Of a stretch of 32,789 nucleotides of DNA, positions 8,030-15,443 are shown one piece after another (positions within the stretch are counted from its first letter, which is position 1; each line of letters starts with the position of its first letter). The position numbers and the translations under genes are program-made. The notes under the pieces are model-generated. The model saw nothing but the letters and a program-made list of their open reading frames with translations, ran no database searches and was not told where the DNA came from. The stretch is from Candidatus Woesearchaeota archaeon (lineage in GTDB: Archaea > Nanobdellota > Nanobdellia > Pacearchaeales > GW2011-AR1). Where the stretch lies: contig CAZUQL010000002.1 in the NCBI GenBank assembly GCA_964622565.1, positions 1-32,789 of the forward strand. The letters run 5' to 3'.

Positions 8030-9499
8030 ATGAAACTTAAACTAAAAACTTTGAAATGGTCTGCAGGAATTCCTGTTGTAATGTTATCTCCCCAAACTGC
8101 TTCTGAAATTGGAGTTCATGTTTTTGATAGAATAAATCTAAAATATAATAAAAAGAATATCTCTGCAATTGTAGACACCATTGGAAAAATTGTTTCAGAA
8201 AATGAGGTTGCTGTTTCTTTAGAAGTTCAACAACAATTAAATATTCCTGTTGGAACGAAAGTGGATATAACTCTTTTACCTCCAATAAAAAGTCTTGATT
8301 ACATCAAGAAGAAATTAAGCAGTAAAATACTTTCAGAAAAAGAAATCTTCGCGATTATCCAAGACATTGTGGATAATAGTTTATCTGAACCAGAAATTGC
8401 TCTTTTTATCTCTGCAATGTACAAACAAGGAATGAACATGAATGAAACAATCTCCTTAATTAAGGCGATTGTAGCAACAGGGCAGTCTTTAAAATTTAAA
8501 TCAAAATTTGTTGTAGATAAACATTCTATTGGAGGAATCCCTGGGAATAGGACAACCCCCATTGTCGTTTCAATTTGTGCTGCTGCAGGATTAATCATGC
8601 CCAAAACCTCGTCGCGAGCAATTACTACTTCTGCAGGTACTGCCGATGTGATTGAATCAATTGCAAAAGTAGATTTCAACTCAAAAGAAATTAAAAAAAT
8701 AATTTCAAAAACCAATGGATGCTTGGTTTGGGGAGGATCTCTCGGCCTTGTTCCTGCTGACTCAAAAATAATACAAATTGAAAAACAACTTAAAATTGAC
8801 CCCGAATCCCAATTACTTGCTTCAATCATGGCAAAAAAAATTGCCCTCGGAGCAAAGCACATTGTCATAGACATTCCCTTTGGAAAATATGCTAAAGTCT
8901 CAAAGCAAAAGGCACTTTTATTAAAACAGAAATTTGAATACCTTGGAAAACATTTCAGGAAAAACCTAAAAGTTGTTCTTACTGACGGAAGCAAACCAAT
9001 GGGTTCTGGAGTTGGGCCAGTTTTAGAACTTGAAGATGTTATTTTAGTTCTAGATCCAACTAAAAAAGGCCCTCAGGATTTAGAAGAAAAATCACTTATG
9101 CTTGCGGGGATTTTATTAGAGATGACTAAGAAATCAAAAAAAGGAGAGGGAATCTCTTTTGCAAGAGAAATTCTTAATTCCGGAAAAGCCTTTGAAAAAT
9201 TTAAACAAATTATTAATGCTCAAGGAGGAAAAGTAAAGATTGTTTCCCCTGGAAAATTTAAAAAAGATATCCTTGCAAAATCAAATCTAAGAGTCAAGGA
9301 GATTAATAATAAAATTATAAACTCTTTAGCAAGAGTTGCAGGATGTCCGACAGATAAAAGAGCAGGATTAAAAATTTACGTTTCAACAAAAAGCCTCTTA
9401 AAAAAAGGAGATAGAATTTTAACAATTTACGCTCAATCGAAATCCCGACTAAATCAGGCAATTCAGTTTTACTTAAAAGAAAAGCCAATAAAATTTTGA
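8030..9499 (+). CDS. deoA: AMP phosphorylase / thymidine phosphorylase family protein (archaeal long form)
   Basis: 489 aa. ...VDKHSIGGIPGNRTTPIVVSICAAAGLIMPKTSSRAITTSAGTADVIE... is the glycosyltransferase-family-3 nucleoside phosphorylase core. About 85 extra N-terminal residues, as in archaeal AMP phosphorylases. Start lies 3 nt after the permease stop. Confidence 0.85.
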   Translation: MKLKLKTLKWSAGIPVVMLSPQTASEIGVHVFDRINLKYNKKNISAIVDTIGKIVSENEVAVSLEVQQQLNIPVGTKVDITLLPPIKSLDYIKKKLSSKILSEKEIFAIIQDIVDNSLSEPEIALFISAMYKQGMNMNETISLIKAIVATGQSLKFKSKFVVDKHSIGGIPGNRTTPIVVSICAAAGLIMPKTSSRAITTSAGTADVIESIAKVDFNSKEIKKIISKTNGCLVWGGSLGLVPADSKIIQIEKQLKIDPESQLLASIMAKKIALGAKHIVIDIPFGKYAKVSKQKALLLKQKFEYLGKHFRKNLKVVLTDGSKPMGSGVGPVLELEDVILVLDPTKKGPQDLEEKSLMLAGILLEMTKKSKKGEGISFAREILNSGKAFEKFKQIINAQGGKVKIVSPGKFKKDILAKSNLRVKEINNKIINSLARVAGCPTDKRAGLKIYVSTKSLLKKGDRILTIYAQSKSRLNQAIQFYLKEKPIKF

Positions 9500-9545
9500 A
9501 AATCTTTTTGAATAATTTTTTAAACTCTGACTTCTATAAAAACCA

Positions 9546-9818
9546 ATGGAAAATACAAGACGAACATTAATTAGCTATCTTAAAAAAAATGTAAAAAAAG
9601 GATATACTTTAGAGTCTCTTACTTGGGCCCTGATTCACCAAGGATATAGTCGGACAAGCGTTAGAACTGCAATAGAAGACCTTCATAAGGAACTCGCTGA
9701 TGAAGCCCCAAAAATCAAAGAAAAACCCGTTATTGTTCATGAGATCATAGACGAGAATGATCATCCCATTCAACTTAAGAAACCTTTATGGAAAAAGATT
9801 TTAGATAAAATTTTATAA
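9546..9818 (+). CDS. hypothetical small protein
   Basis: 90-aa ORF with a plausible helical N-terminal module (LISYLKKNVKKGYTLESLTWALIHQGYSRTSVRTAIEDL). No family recognised. Confidence 0.5.
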   Translation: MENTRRTLISYLKKNVKKGYTLESLTWALIHQGYSRTSVRTAIEDLHKELADEAPKIKEKPVIVHEIIDENDHPIQLKKPLWKKILDKIL

Positions 9819-9824
9819 GAGAAA

Positions 9825-9833
9825 TATTTAAAA
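9825..9833 (+). promoter_or_regulatory. candidate TATA box for tRNA-Ser
   Basis: TATTTAAAA centred about 28 nt upstream of tRNA position 1 (9858). Confidence 0.4.
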
Positions 9834-9857
9834 CCCCATTTTCTTAATCTATTCTAA

Positions 9858-9938
9858 GCCGCCATCGCATAATGGTATTGCACCTGGCTTGAGACCAGGG
9901 CCCTTCGGGGCATCCCCGTTCGATTCGGGGTGGCGGCG
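9858..9938 (+). tRNA. tRNA-Ser (anticodon UGA), no encoded CCA
   Basis: Hand-folded. Acceptor GCCGCCA/TGGCGGC, 3-bp D stem GCA/TGC, anticodon stem CCTGG/CCAGG with loop CTTGAGA (anticodon TGA). Long variable arm G-CCC-TTCG-GGG-CAT. T arm CCCCG-TTCGATT-CGGGG. Discriminator G. Confidence 0.85.
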
Positions 9939-10084
9939 TATCAACGTTCGGCGTGGGCGTTTTACCCTTTTGGCATTTCACAGAGCTTTCACAAAAAAAA
10001 GTTCAGAGAGATGCCAAGAATATATTTGATACGGTGCGGGCGTATATAATCGGATAAGTTCACTAATCCACCAAATTTATTTTT

Positions 10085-12016
10085 TCAGTTAATTCCCCTC
10101 TCAAAAAAGTCCAACACTCTTAAATCTGGGCTTAAAACAAACACACTATCTTCCTTTGACCTCAATCCCCGATAAACTTTTTGAATCAATTCTCTTCGTG
10201 CTTTGTCCTTGTAAAACTCCCAATAGAACTGCGGTTTTGTTTTTGCCAAGATCCTCCAAAATAAATCTTTGACATCAGGATTAGGATATTTTGTAAAGAT
10301 AATGCTCTTACATTCTTCTCCAGGAAAATCAAGGCCCCTCGAAGCTTTTGTTGAAAAAAATAAATCTATCTGCCCCTCTTTAAACCTTTGGACCCTCTTT
10401 TCTTTTTTATCTTTCTGTTGCAAATCTCTCAATTCCTCTCGAGTTATTAATTCATTTAACTTCAAATCTTGTTTTTCTTCTTTTGAAGGTAAATCCCCAA
10501 AACTATTAACATGAACCAAACACGGTTTTTCACAATTTTCTAAACATTTATTTAAAGCAATCAGATACTCTTCTCGATTTGTGCTTCTGTTTGAAAAATT
10601 TGAATATCTAAAGTCCTTTTCCAGTCCTGTTCTTTTTACTTTAATCTCCCCTTGCTGTTCAACCTCTGCCTCGACCACTTGGAAATCTTTCAATCCAAAA
10701 ATATTCTTCAAAACATATTCCGAATGAAGCGTTCCAGACATCATTACCACAATTTTATTCTTCTCTAAAATCTGTTTTAATTTCTTCTCAAGATTGACTG
10801 TGATTACTTCTGCCAAAACTTGGTCCTCTTTTTTACTGAACAAAACAAAACTTTCATCTAAAAAACTTTCAAATTCTTTTGCAATCCTCTCAACATTAAA
10901 AAGATAGCTCTCTTCATCAACAAGATCCATAATCTCCGGATTTTTTATAAAAATTTTTAACAAGTCGTAAATTCCACTCCTCTTTAGCTCAACCACTTCT
11001 TCATTTATAATTTGGGATTTTACTTGTTCTGAGTTTTTAATCTGCTTTAAAATCTGTTTTATTTCTCTCCAAATTAACTCGTCGTTTTCGTTGAATGTAA
11101 AGTGATTTGTAATTGCCTTTTCTAATCTTTCTAAATTGATCAATCTCTTATTTGAAAAGCTATCTAAAAATTCATCGCATTCATCAATAACATCTAAATC
11201 TGTTTTCGGTTTTCTTCCAAGTAAATGTTCTAGCTGATATTTTAAAGAATTAAAAACAATCACATCTGAATCTACATACGAATGAAACTGTTCATAAAAC
11301 CCACACCCCCTTTTTCTTTGATAAAATATAAAATCCTCGCCATTTATCCCCCGGTACTTTTTCTTTTCAGCATCTAAAAAGCTTTTTCCTTTCAACTCAA
11401 ATCTTGAAGGTAAAGAAGGACTCCAGTAAGGGCAAGCCCCAGCAACAGAAACTCTCTTCACATCTTGAATTGTTGAAAAGTTTTTAATATCAATGTCGGG
11501 ATTTTCTTTTAAGTATTGTTTAATTTTCCAAAGATTTTTCTCTTTAATTTCTATTTTACATGGAAGTTCAGAATTATCTGCAGAATTATCTTCTTCTAAT
11601 TTTTCTTTTGGTTTATAAAAAATATCCTCTAAATTTGAGTCGATTTCTTTTTTTTCTTTTGGAATTTCAAAATTATTTTCTAAAAACACACACTGGTGGT
11701 TTTTCCTCCCTGTTATAACTTTAATTTTTAATTTTTTTCCGTCTGGTTTTTTAATATACTTTTTATTTTCATAATCTAATTGATACTGGTGTTGCAAATT
11801 TTTATTTGGCACAACAATCGCGGTTTTTCCTAATTTTCGCGCAAGATTTAGAGCAATAGCTGATTTTCCTGTTCCACAAACTCCGTGGATGAAAATTATC
11901 TTTTTCCCCTCTTTAATAAATTCTAAAATTTCATTGACAATATCTTGCTGTGTCTTCCCATTTGAAAAACAAAGAGGTTTCTGAAATTTATCTTCTGAAA
12001 AAAGAGACCATGTCAT
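10085..12016 (-). CDS. XPD/Rad3 (DinG-like) superfamily 2 helicase with putative Fe-S domain
   Basis: 643 aa. Walker A GVCGTGKS, motif II VIDECDEF, motif III MMSGTL. C-terminal ...KASRGLDFPGEECKSIIFTKYPNP... and ...QKVYRGLRSKEDSVFVLSPDLRV resemble XPD motifs V/VI. Four Cys lie between motifs Ia and II (HQCVF, LPCKIE, GACPYW, RGCGFY). Confidence 0.8.
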   Translation of the reverse strand: MTWSLFSEDKFQKPLCFSNGKTQQDIVNEILEFIKEGKKIIFIHGVCGTGKSAIALNLARKLGKTAIVVPNKNLQHQYQLDYENKKYIKKPDGKKLKIKVITGRKNHQCVFLENNFEIPKEKKEIDSNLEDIFYKPKEKLEEDNSADNSELPCKIEIKEKNLWKIKQYLKENPDIDIKNFSTIQDVKRVSVAGACPYWSPSLPSRFELKGKSFLDAEKKKYRGINGEDFIFYQRKRGCGFYEQFHSYVDSDVIVFNSLKYQLEHLLGRKPKTDLDVIDECDEFLDSFSNKRLINLERLEKAITNHFTFNENDELIWREIKQILKQIKNSEQVKSQIINEEVVELKRSGIYDLLKIFIKNPEIMDLVDEESYLFNVERIAKEFESFLDESFVLFSKKEDQVLAEVITVNLEKKLKQILEKNKIVVMMSGTLHSEYVLKNIFGLKDFQVVEAEVEQQGEIKVKRTGLEKDFRYSNFSNRSTNREEYLIALNKCLENCEKPCLVHVNSFGDLPSKEEKQDLKLNELITREELRDLQQKDKKEKRVQRFKEGQIDLFFSTKASRGLDFPGEECKSIIFTKYPNPDVKDLFWRILAKTKPQFYWEFYKDKARRELIQKVYRGLRSKEDSVFVLSPDLRVLDFFERGIN

Positions 12017-12047
12017 GGTTTAGAAAAATAAGAAAGCAGTTATAAAT

Positions 12048-12371
12048 TTATTGGGTTGAGGATTCTTCAGAATCTCCCTCAACTTGGTAATCAGATAATT
12101 GTGTGAAACTTTCCCATTCTTCAGTAGCCCTTCTTGAGGTTGCTAGTGCCTCTTCAAATTGTTTTACTCTCCTCCTACAATGGTCTGCATTAGTTTGCGC
12201 ACGTTGCCTAATCCTCTCGTTTAGAATACTTTCAACTTCCTCAACACTTTGGAGGTCTGGAGTTGCTTTTTCTCTATCAATTGTCCCCTAATATCCCTTT
12301 CCTTCTTTTACTATCGTGACATTTGCACAACCCATCGGTTCGGGAATTCTATATTCTCTTTCTAATCTCAT
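12048..12371 (-). pseudogene. 107-codon reading frame interrupted by one in-frame TAG (12290-12288)
   Basis: Hand translation: MRLEREYRIPEPMGCANVTIVKEGKGY-TAG-GTIDREKATPDLQSVEEVESILNERIRQRAQTNADHCRRRVKQFEEALATSRRATEEWESFTQLSDYQVEGDSEESSTQ-TAA. The 79-codon part after the TAG has no ATG/GTG/TTG, so it is not in the ORF track. Confidence 0.35.
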
Positions 12372-12587
12372 AGATATGTTCTTATTCCCCCCTTTTTAAA
12401 AACTATTGTGTTAAAAAGTATATTTTAGAAAATCTGGCGCGAGCCGATTTTTGAGACAAAGTAAATTTTGCGAACTTGTGAGTGAATTAATTTTATGCTT
12501 TAGAATTCTCTAAAAATTTCTCATCTTTTCAATCAGATTCCCCCTGCTTCTCTCCTCTAAAATACCTTTCCTTTCAGTATAAGTTTC

Positions 12588-12797
12588 CTACTTTTTTCTT
12601 GCAGATTTAAAATTAAATTCAGGATGGTGGGTTCCGAACATTTTTACCCCTCCAACCCCCTCTTTTGCATAAACAACAATGTTGGGAATTTCATGATGGA
12701 ATCTGAGTACAATCCTTTGTTCATTTTCTCCTAATGTTGATAAAATTCCTGTATGAAAAAACCTATCTTGGTATAATAATTCTAATTCCTCTACCAT
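12588..12797 (-). CDS. hypothetical small protein (possibly the 3' part of a frameshifted gene)
   Basis: 69-aa ORF. A 36-codon ORF (12873-12763, MNPQLDSKTQQRILRLYDKLERCKKNGRGIRIIIPR) overlaps its start in another frame, around an A-run. Confidence 0.35.
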   Translation of the reverse strand: MVEELELLYQDRFFHTGILSTLGENEQRIVLRFHHEIPNIVVYAKEGVGGVKMFGTHHPEFNFKSARKK

Positions 12798-12958
12798 TTT
12801 TCTTGCATCTCTCTAATTTATCATATAATCTAAGAATTCTTTGTTGGGTTTTGGAATCTAATTGGGGGTTCATTGTTGCATAGCCACCTCTAGCAATCTC
12901 CTGTTCTCACTATAAAAGTTTAGGCTGTCTGTTATTTGAATTAAAATAAAAAATAAAT

Positions 12959-13249
12959 TTATCCAAATAGAGCAGACAGTCCTTCTGCAGCAGGTGCTTT
13001 TTCTTCTTCTTTTGGTTTTTCTTCTGCCTTTGCTTCAGTTCCACTTGAACCTTGTGCAGGCGCAGCAGCAACCAAACTTGCACTTGCAAGTTCTTCGTCT
13101 ATGTTCACACCTTTCAAGCTAGCAACAAGAGATTTGATTTGGCTCTCTTCAACTTGCACACCAGCAGCCGCAACAACCTTTTTCAGGTTTTCTTCATTCA
13201 CTTCTTGTCCTGCTTTATGTAAAAGCAGTGCAGCGTATATGTTTTCCAT
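12959..13249 (-). CDS. rpl12: ribosomal stalk protein P1 (archaeal L12)
   Basis: 96 aa. [26 protein letters not shown]...AAAPA...[21 protein letters not shown] is the canonical archaeal P1 with the conserved C-terminal tail. GGAGG lies 8 nt upstream of the ATG. Confidence 0.95.
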   Translation of the reverse strand: MENIYAALLLHKAGQEVNEENLKKVVAAAGVQVEESQIKSLVASLKGVNIDEELASASLVAAAPAQGSSGTEAKAEEKPKEEEKAPAAEGLSALFG

Positions 13250-13465
13250 TTAGTTTTCCTCCCCTTCAGTTTTATCTGTTGGAGTTTGAGTTACTAATGA
13301 TTCTATTCTCCCAAAATATGGACGAGTTTCCCAAGGGAGTTTTTCATTAAAATTTATCTCATTAGAAATGTAAAATAATGCACCAAATCCGATTGCAAAT
13401 AAACCTAAACCTACCAGGGGTTTCAAAATATCTCCTAATTTTGGCTCATGATAGTTTCTATTCAT
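13250..13465 (-). CDS. small putative membrane protein inserted between P0 and P1
   Basis: 71-aa ORF that exactly fills the P0-P1 gap. Its ATG overlaps the P0 stop (ATGAATAG), GGGAG lies 7 nt upstream, and its TAA abuts the P1 ATG. One hydrophobic segment: LKPLVGLGLFAIGFGALFYI. Confidence 0.55.
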   Translation of the reverse strand: MNRNYHEPKLGDILKPLVGLGLFAIGFGALFYISNEINFNEKLPWETRPYFGRIESLVTQTPTDKTEGEEN

Positions 13466-14369
13466 TTTTCTTCTCCCTTAATTTTTCTTCCGTTTCTTTT
13501 GCCTCAGCAGGTTCGTCTTCTTTTGTTTCTTCCACTTTATTCTCTTCTATAACTTCCTCACTTGGAGTTTCTTCAGCTTTTTCTTCTTTGATCACTGAAA
13601 ACTTTTCAAGTGCCTTTGCATTTCTTTCTGCTTTACCTAATAAAAATTTAATTGTATCTTTTGAAACATAACCAAGTGAAACTGCAAAAGGCAACGCTCT
13701 TCCAAAAGCGTCTTTAAGTTCTTCGACGGTTTTTTCTCTGTCAATTTTAATCTCTGAATAAAGAATCTTGTTTTCTACATCAAAACCAACCAAGGGTATA
13801 AATCCAACTGAAAAAGGTTTAATGTCTAATTTTTGCATTATTGAAGCTGCACCCTCGGATATTTTTGTCCCCTTCTTAACAATTACTCTTGGTTCTTTAA
13901 TCTCAATTTTCCCATCTTTAATTTGAACTTGAATTCCTAAACTTCCCAACTCTGAAATTGCTGGACCTGGAACTAAATCTGTTGGTCCTGCTTCAACTGA
14001 AATATCCTCAGGAGCTTCTTGACCAGCTTTACCTGAAGCAGGAGTTTTACTCCCCACTAATGTTCCTGCAAGGTCAAAACAATCTAAATTTGAGAATAAA
14101 ATCGCAACATCTGATTTGATTTCTTTTTCTATTTTTTTAATTTCTTCATTTTTTGTATCTTCAATCGCAAGTAAAATCAAATTTTTCTTTGGAACTTTTA
14201 CAATTGCCTTTCCTCGAAGCTTTTTACAAATCTTTTGAAAATGTGCCCCCGGAAGTCCTTTTATTGAAGCAATTAAAATAGTTTTATGACTTTTAATTAA
14301 ACCCTCTAATTCCTTAACTACCTTTTTCTTTCCCTCTGAAACATGTGCTTTGTGTTTTTTCTCTGTCAT
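13458..14369 (-). CDS. rplP0: ribosomal stalk protein P0 (uL10), short form without the conserved C-terminal tail
   Basis: 303 aa. N-terminal ...KKKVVKELEGLIKSHKTILIASIKGLPGAHFQKICKKLRGKAIVKVPKKNL... is the uL10 domain. Acidic C-terminus ends ...EAKETEEKLREKKNE. 1-nt overlap with uL1. Confidence 0.93.
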   Translation of the reverse strand: MTEKKHKAHVSEGKKKVVKELEGLIKSHKTILIASIKGLPGAHFQKICKKLRGKAIVKVPKKNLILLAIEDTKNEEIKKIEKEIKSDVAILFSNLDCFDLAGTLVGSKTPASGKAGQEAPEDISVEAGPTDLVPGPAISELGSLGIQVQIKDGKIEIKEPRVIVKKGTKISEGAASIMQKLDIKPFSVGFIPLVGFDVENKILYSEIKIDREKTVEELKDAFGRALPFAVSLGYVSKDTIKFLLGKAERNAKALEKFSVIKEEKAEETPSEEVIEENKVEETKEDEPAEAKETEEKLREKKNE

Positions 14370-15001
14370 TATCTTACTCCTATCTTTACAGGTTTAGTCA
14401 TAGTGAATTTCATTTCGATATTCTTAACATTTTCTTTTTCCCGAGGGAAATTTTTCAGTAAAGTATTATATATTACCGTAACATTTTCTATAATTTCCGA
14501 ATCGGTCATGTTTTCTTTTCCAACGGGAATTTTGATACTTGCTTCTTTTGCCCTAATCTTGACAGAATTATTTATTTTAGTTACTAAATCTTCAACAGCC
14601 CGATCATTTACATTCATTAGTAATCCTAATTGAGGAGACGGCATTTTTCCAACTGGTCCAAGAACCCTTCCAAATGTCAAAGCAACTTTTGGCATCACAC
14701 TTGCCTGTGCAATAAAGAAATCATATTTATTTACAAGACCTTTTAATTTACTTTTATCTTTTGCATAAGAAGGAAATTTATCTGGTTGAATTGTATCTAT
14801 TCGCTTATCCACTGTTTCTAAAAAACCACAAATCTTTTTATCTTTAACCTTGTGAGGCAGAGTAACAAACAAGTTTAATTGGGTTTTCTTTAAATCAAAT
14901 TTTTGTAAATTTACAATTAAGTCAACTGTTTGTTCAAACTTCCGTTTTTTTTCCTTACGTAAAGTTTCTAATGCGTTTTTTAATTCTTCTTTTAATTCCA
15001 T
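14369..15001 (-). CDS. rpl1: 50S ribosomal protein uL1
   Basis: 210 aa. ...RKFEQTVDLIVNLQKFDLKK...LPHKV...FFIAQASVMPKVALTFGRVLGPVGKMPSP... is typical uL1. Confidence 0.95.
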   Translation of the reverse strand: MELKEELKNALETLRKEKKRKFEQTVDLIVNLQKFDLKKTQLNLFVTLPHKVKDKKICGFLETVDKRIDTIQPDKFPSYAKDKSKLKGLVNKYDFFIAQASVMPKVALTFGRVLGPVGKMPSPQLGLLMNVNDRAVEDLVTKINNSVKIRAKEASIKIPVGKENMTDSEIIENVTVIYNTLLKNFPREKENVKNIEMKFTMTKPVKIGVR

Positions 15002-15003
15002 AT

Positions 15004-15034
15004 TTATTCCACAGAACTCATTAGTTATTCCTCC
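15004..15034 (-). promoter_or_regulatory. GGAGG Shine-Dalgarno plus 5-codon upstream mini-ORF ending 2 nt before the rpl1 ATG
   Basis: Minus strand reads AGGAGGAATAACTA-ATG AGT TCT GTG GAA TAA-AT-ATG(rpl1). GGAGG (15034-15030) is 8 nt from the mini-ORF ATG (15021) but 28 nt from the rpl1 ATG. Confidence 0.3.
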
Positions 15035-15202
15035 TACTAAAGTAGTTCAAGCGGATAGATTTTTTAGAAAATCTTACTTTATAATGCTTTCGGTATAAAT
15101 TTGGATAGATCTGTCTTTAATTTGATTTAATCTTCCAGGAGATCCTTGGATTGTAACTTTATCACAACAATTCTTAAAAAGAACAAATGAGTTAGTTTTT
15201 TG

Positions 15203-15442
15203 ATGATATACTACTGTATTTGTGAAAAAAATTTCCCTCAAGAAAAGATTTTTGTAGGTTATTGGGATAAACAGTTGTTCCCTTTCGGTTTTAGAAGAGA
15301 TCTTAAGAGAAGAGGGATAGCGGTGGATAGTCAAGGGAATCTAGTTTGTGATTTAGAAAGATATTCTATCTCCTCTGCTGAAAAGACTGAGGTAGAGGCA
15401 CAAGACTTAGCTTTTCGTAGGGGGTTAGGAGCATTAGCATAA
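15203..15442 (+). CDS. hypothetical small protein (first of a coupled four-ORF set)
   Basis: ATG at 15203 (the track starts it at TTG 15200). Its stop is joined to the next ATG by the recurrent TAAAATG junction. No family recognised. An antisense ORF overlaps it. Confidence 0.35.
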   Translation: MIYYCICEKNFPQEKIFVGYWDKQLFPFGFRRDLKRRGIAVDSQGNLVCDLERYSISSAEKTEVEAQDLAFRRGLGALA

Positions 15443-15443
15443 A

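Noticed and set aside
8299-8994. 231-aa ORF antisense to the AMP phosphorylase gene
   Set aside because: It lies entirely inside a well-supported conserved CDS on the other strand. Long antisense frames are expected in AT-rich, TAA/TAG-poor reverse frames, and the product is low-complexity Phe/Ile/Ser-rich.
12288-12290. In-frame TAG read as pyrrolysine or as a reassigned sense codon
   Set aside because: TAG terminates clearly delimited genes in this window (P0 at 13458-13460, eL40 at 18951-18953). Pyl machinery is restricted to a few methanogen-related lineages, and nothing here suggests it.
12103-12291. 62-aa + strand ORF (GTG start)
   Set aside because: It is exactly antisense to the longer TAG-interrupted minus-strand frame, has a Ser/Leu/Ala shadow composition and has no promoter or SD context.
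15074-15334. 86-aa minus-strand ORF upstream of rpl1
   Set aside because: It overlaps the + strand ORF that is joined by a TAAAATG junction to the next gene. It has no SD or coupling of its own, and only one of the two can be real. Kept as unresolved but less likely.
15311-15376. Imperfect inverted repeat AGAGGGATAG ... CTATCTCCTCT (10 bp with one bulge); also a TGATGA (C-box-like) at 15201 with CTGA near 15377/15387
   Set aside because: The spacing is far too long for a C/D-box sRNA. The hairpin lies inside a probable coding frame. I saw no RNase P or SRP RNA signature motifs.
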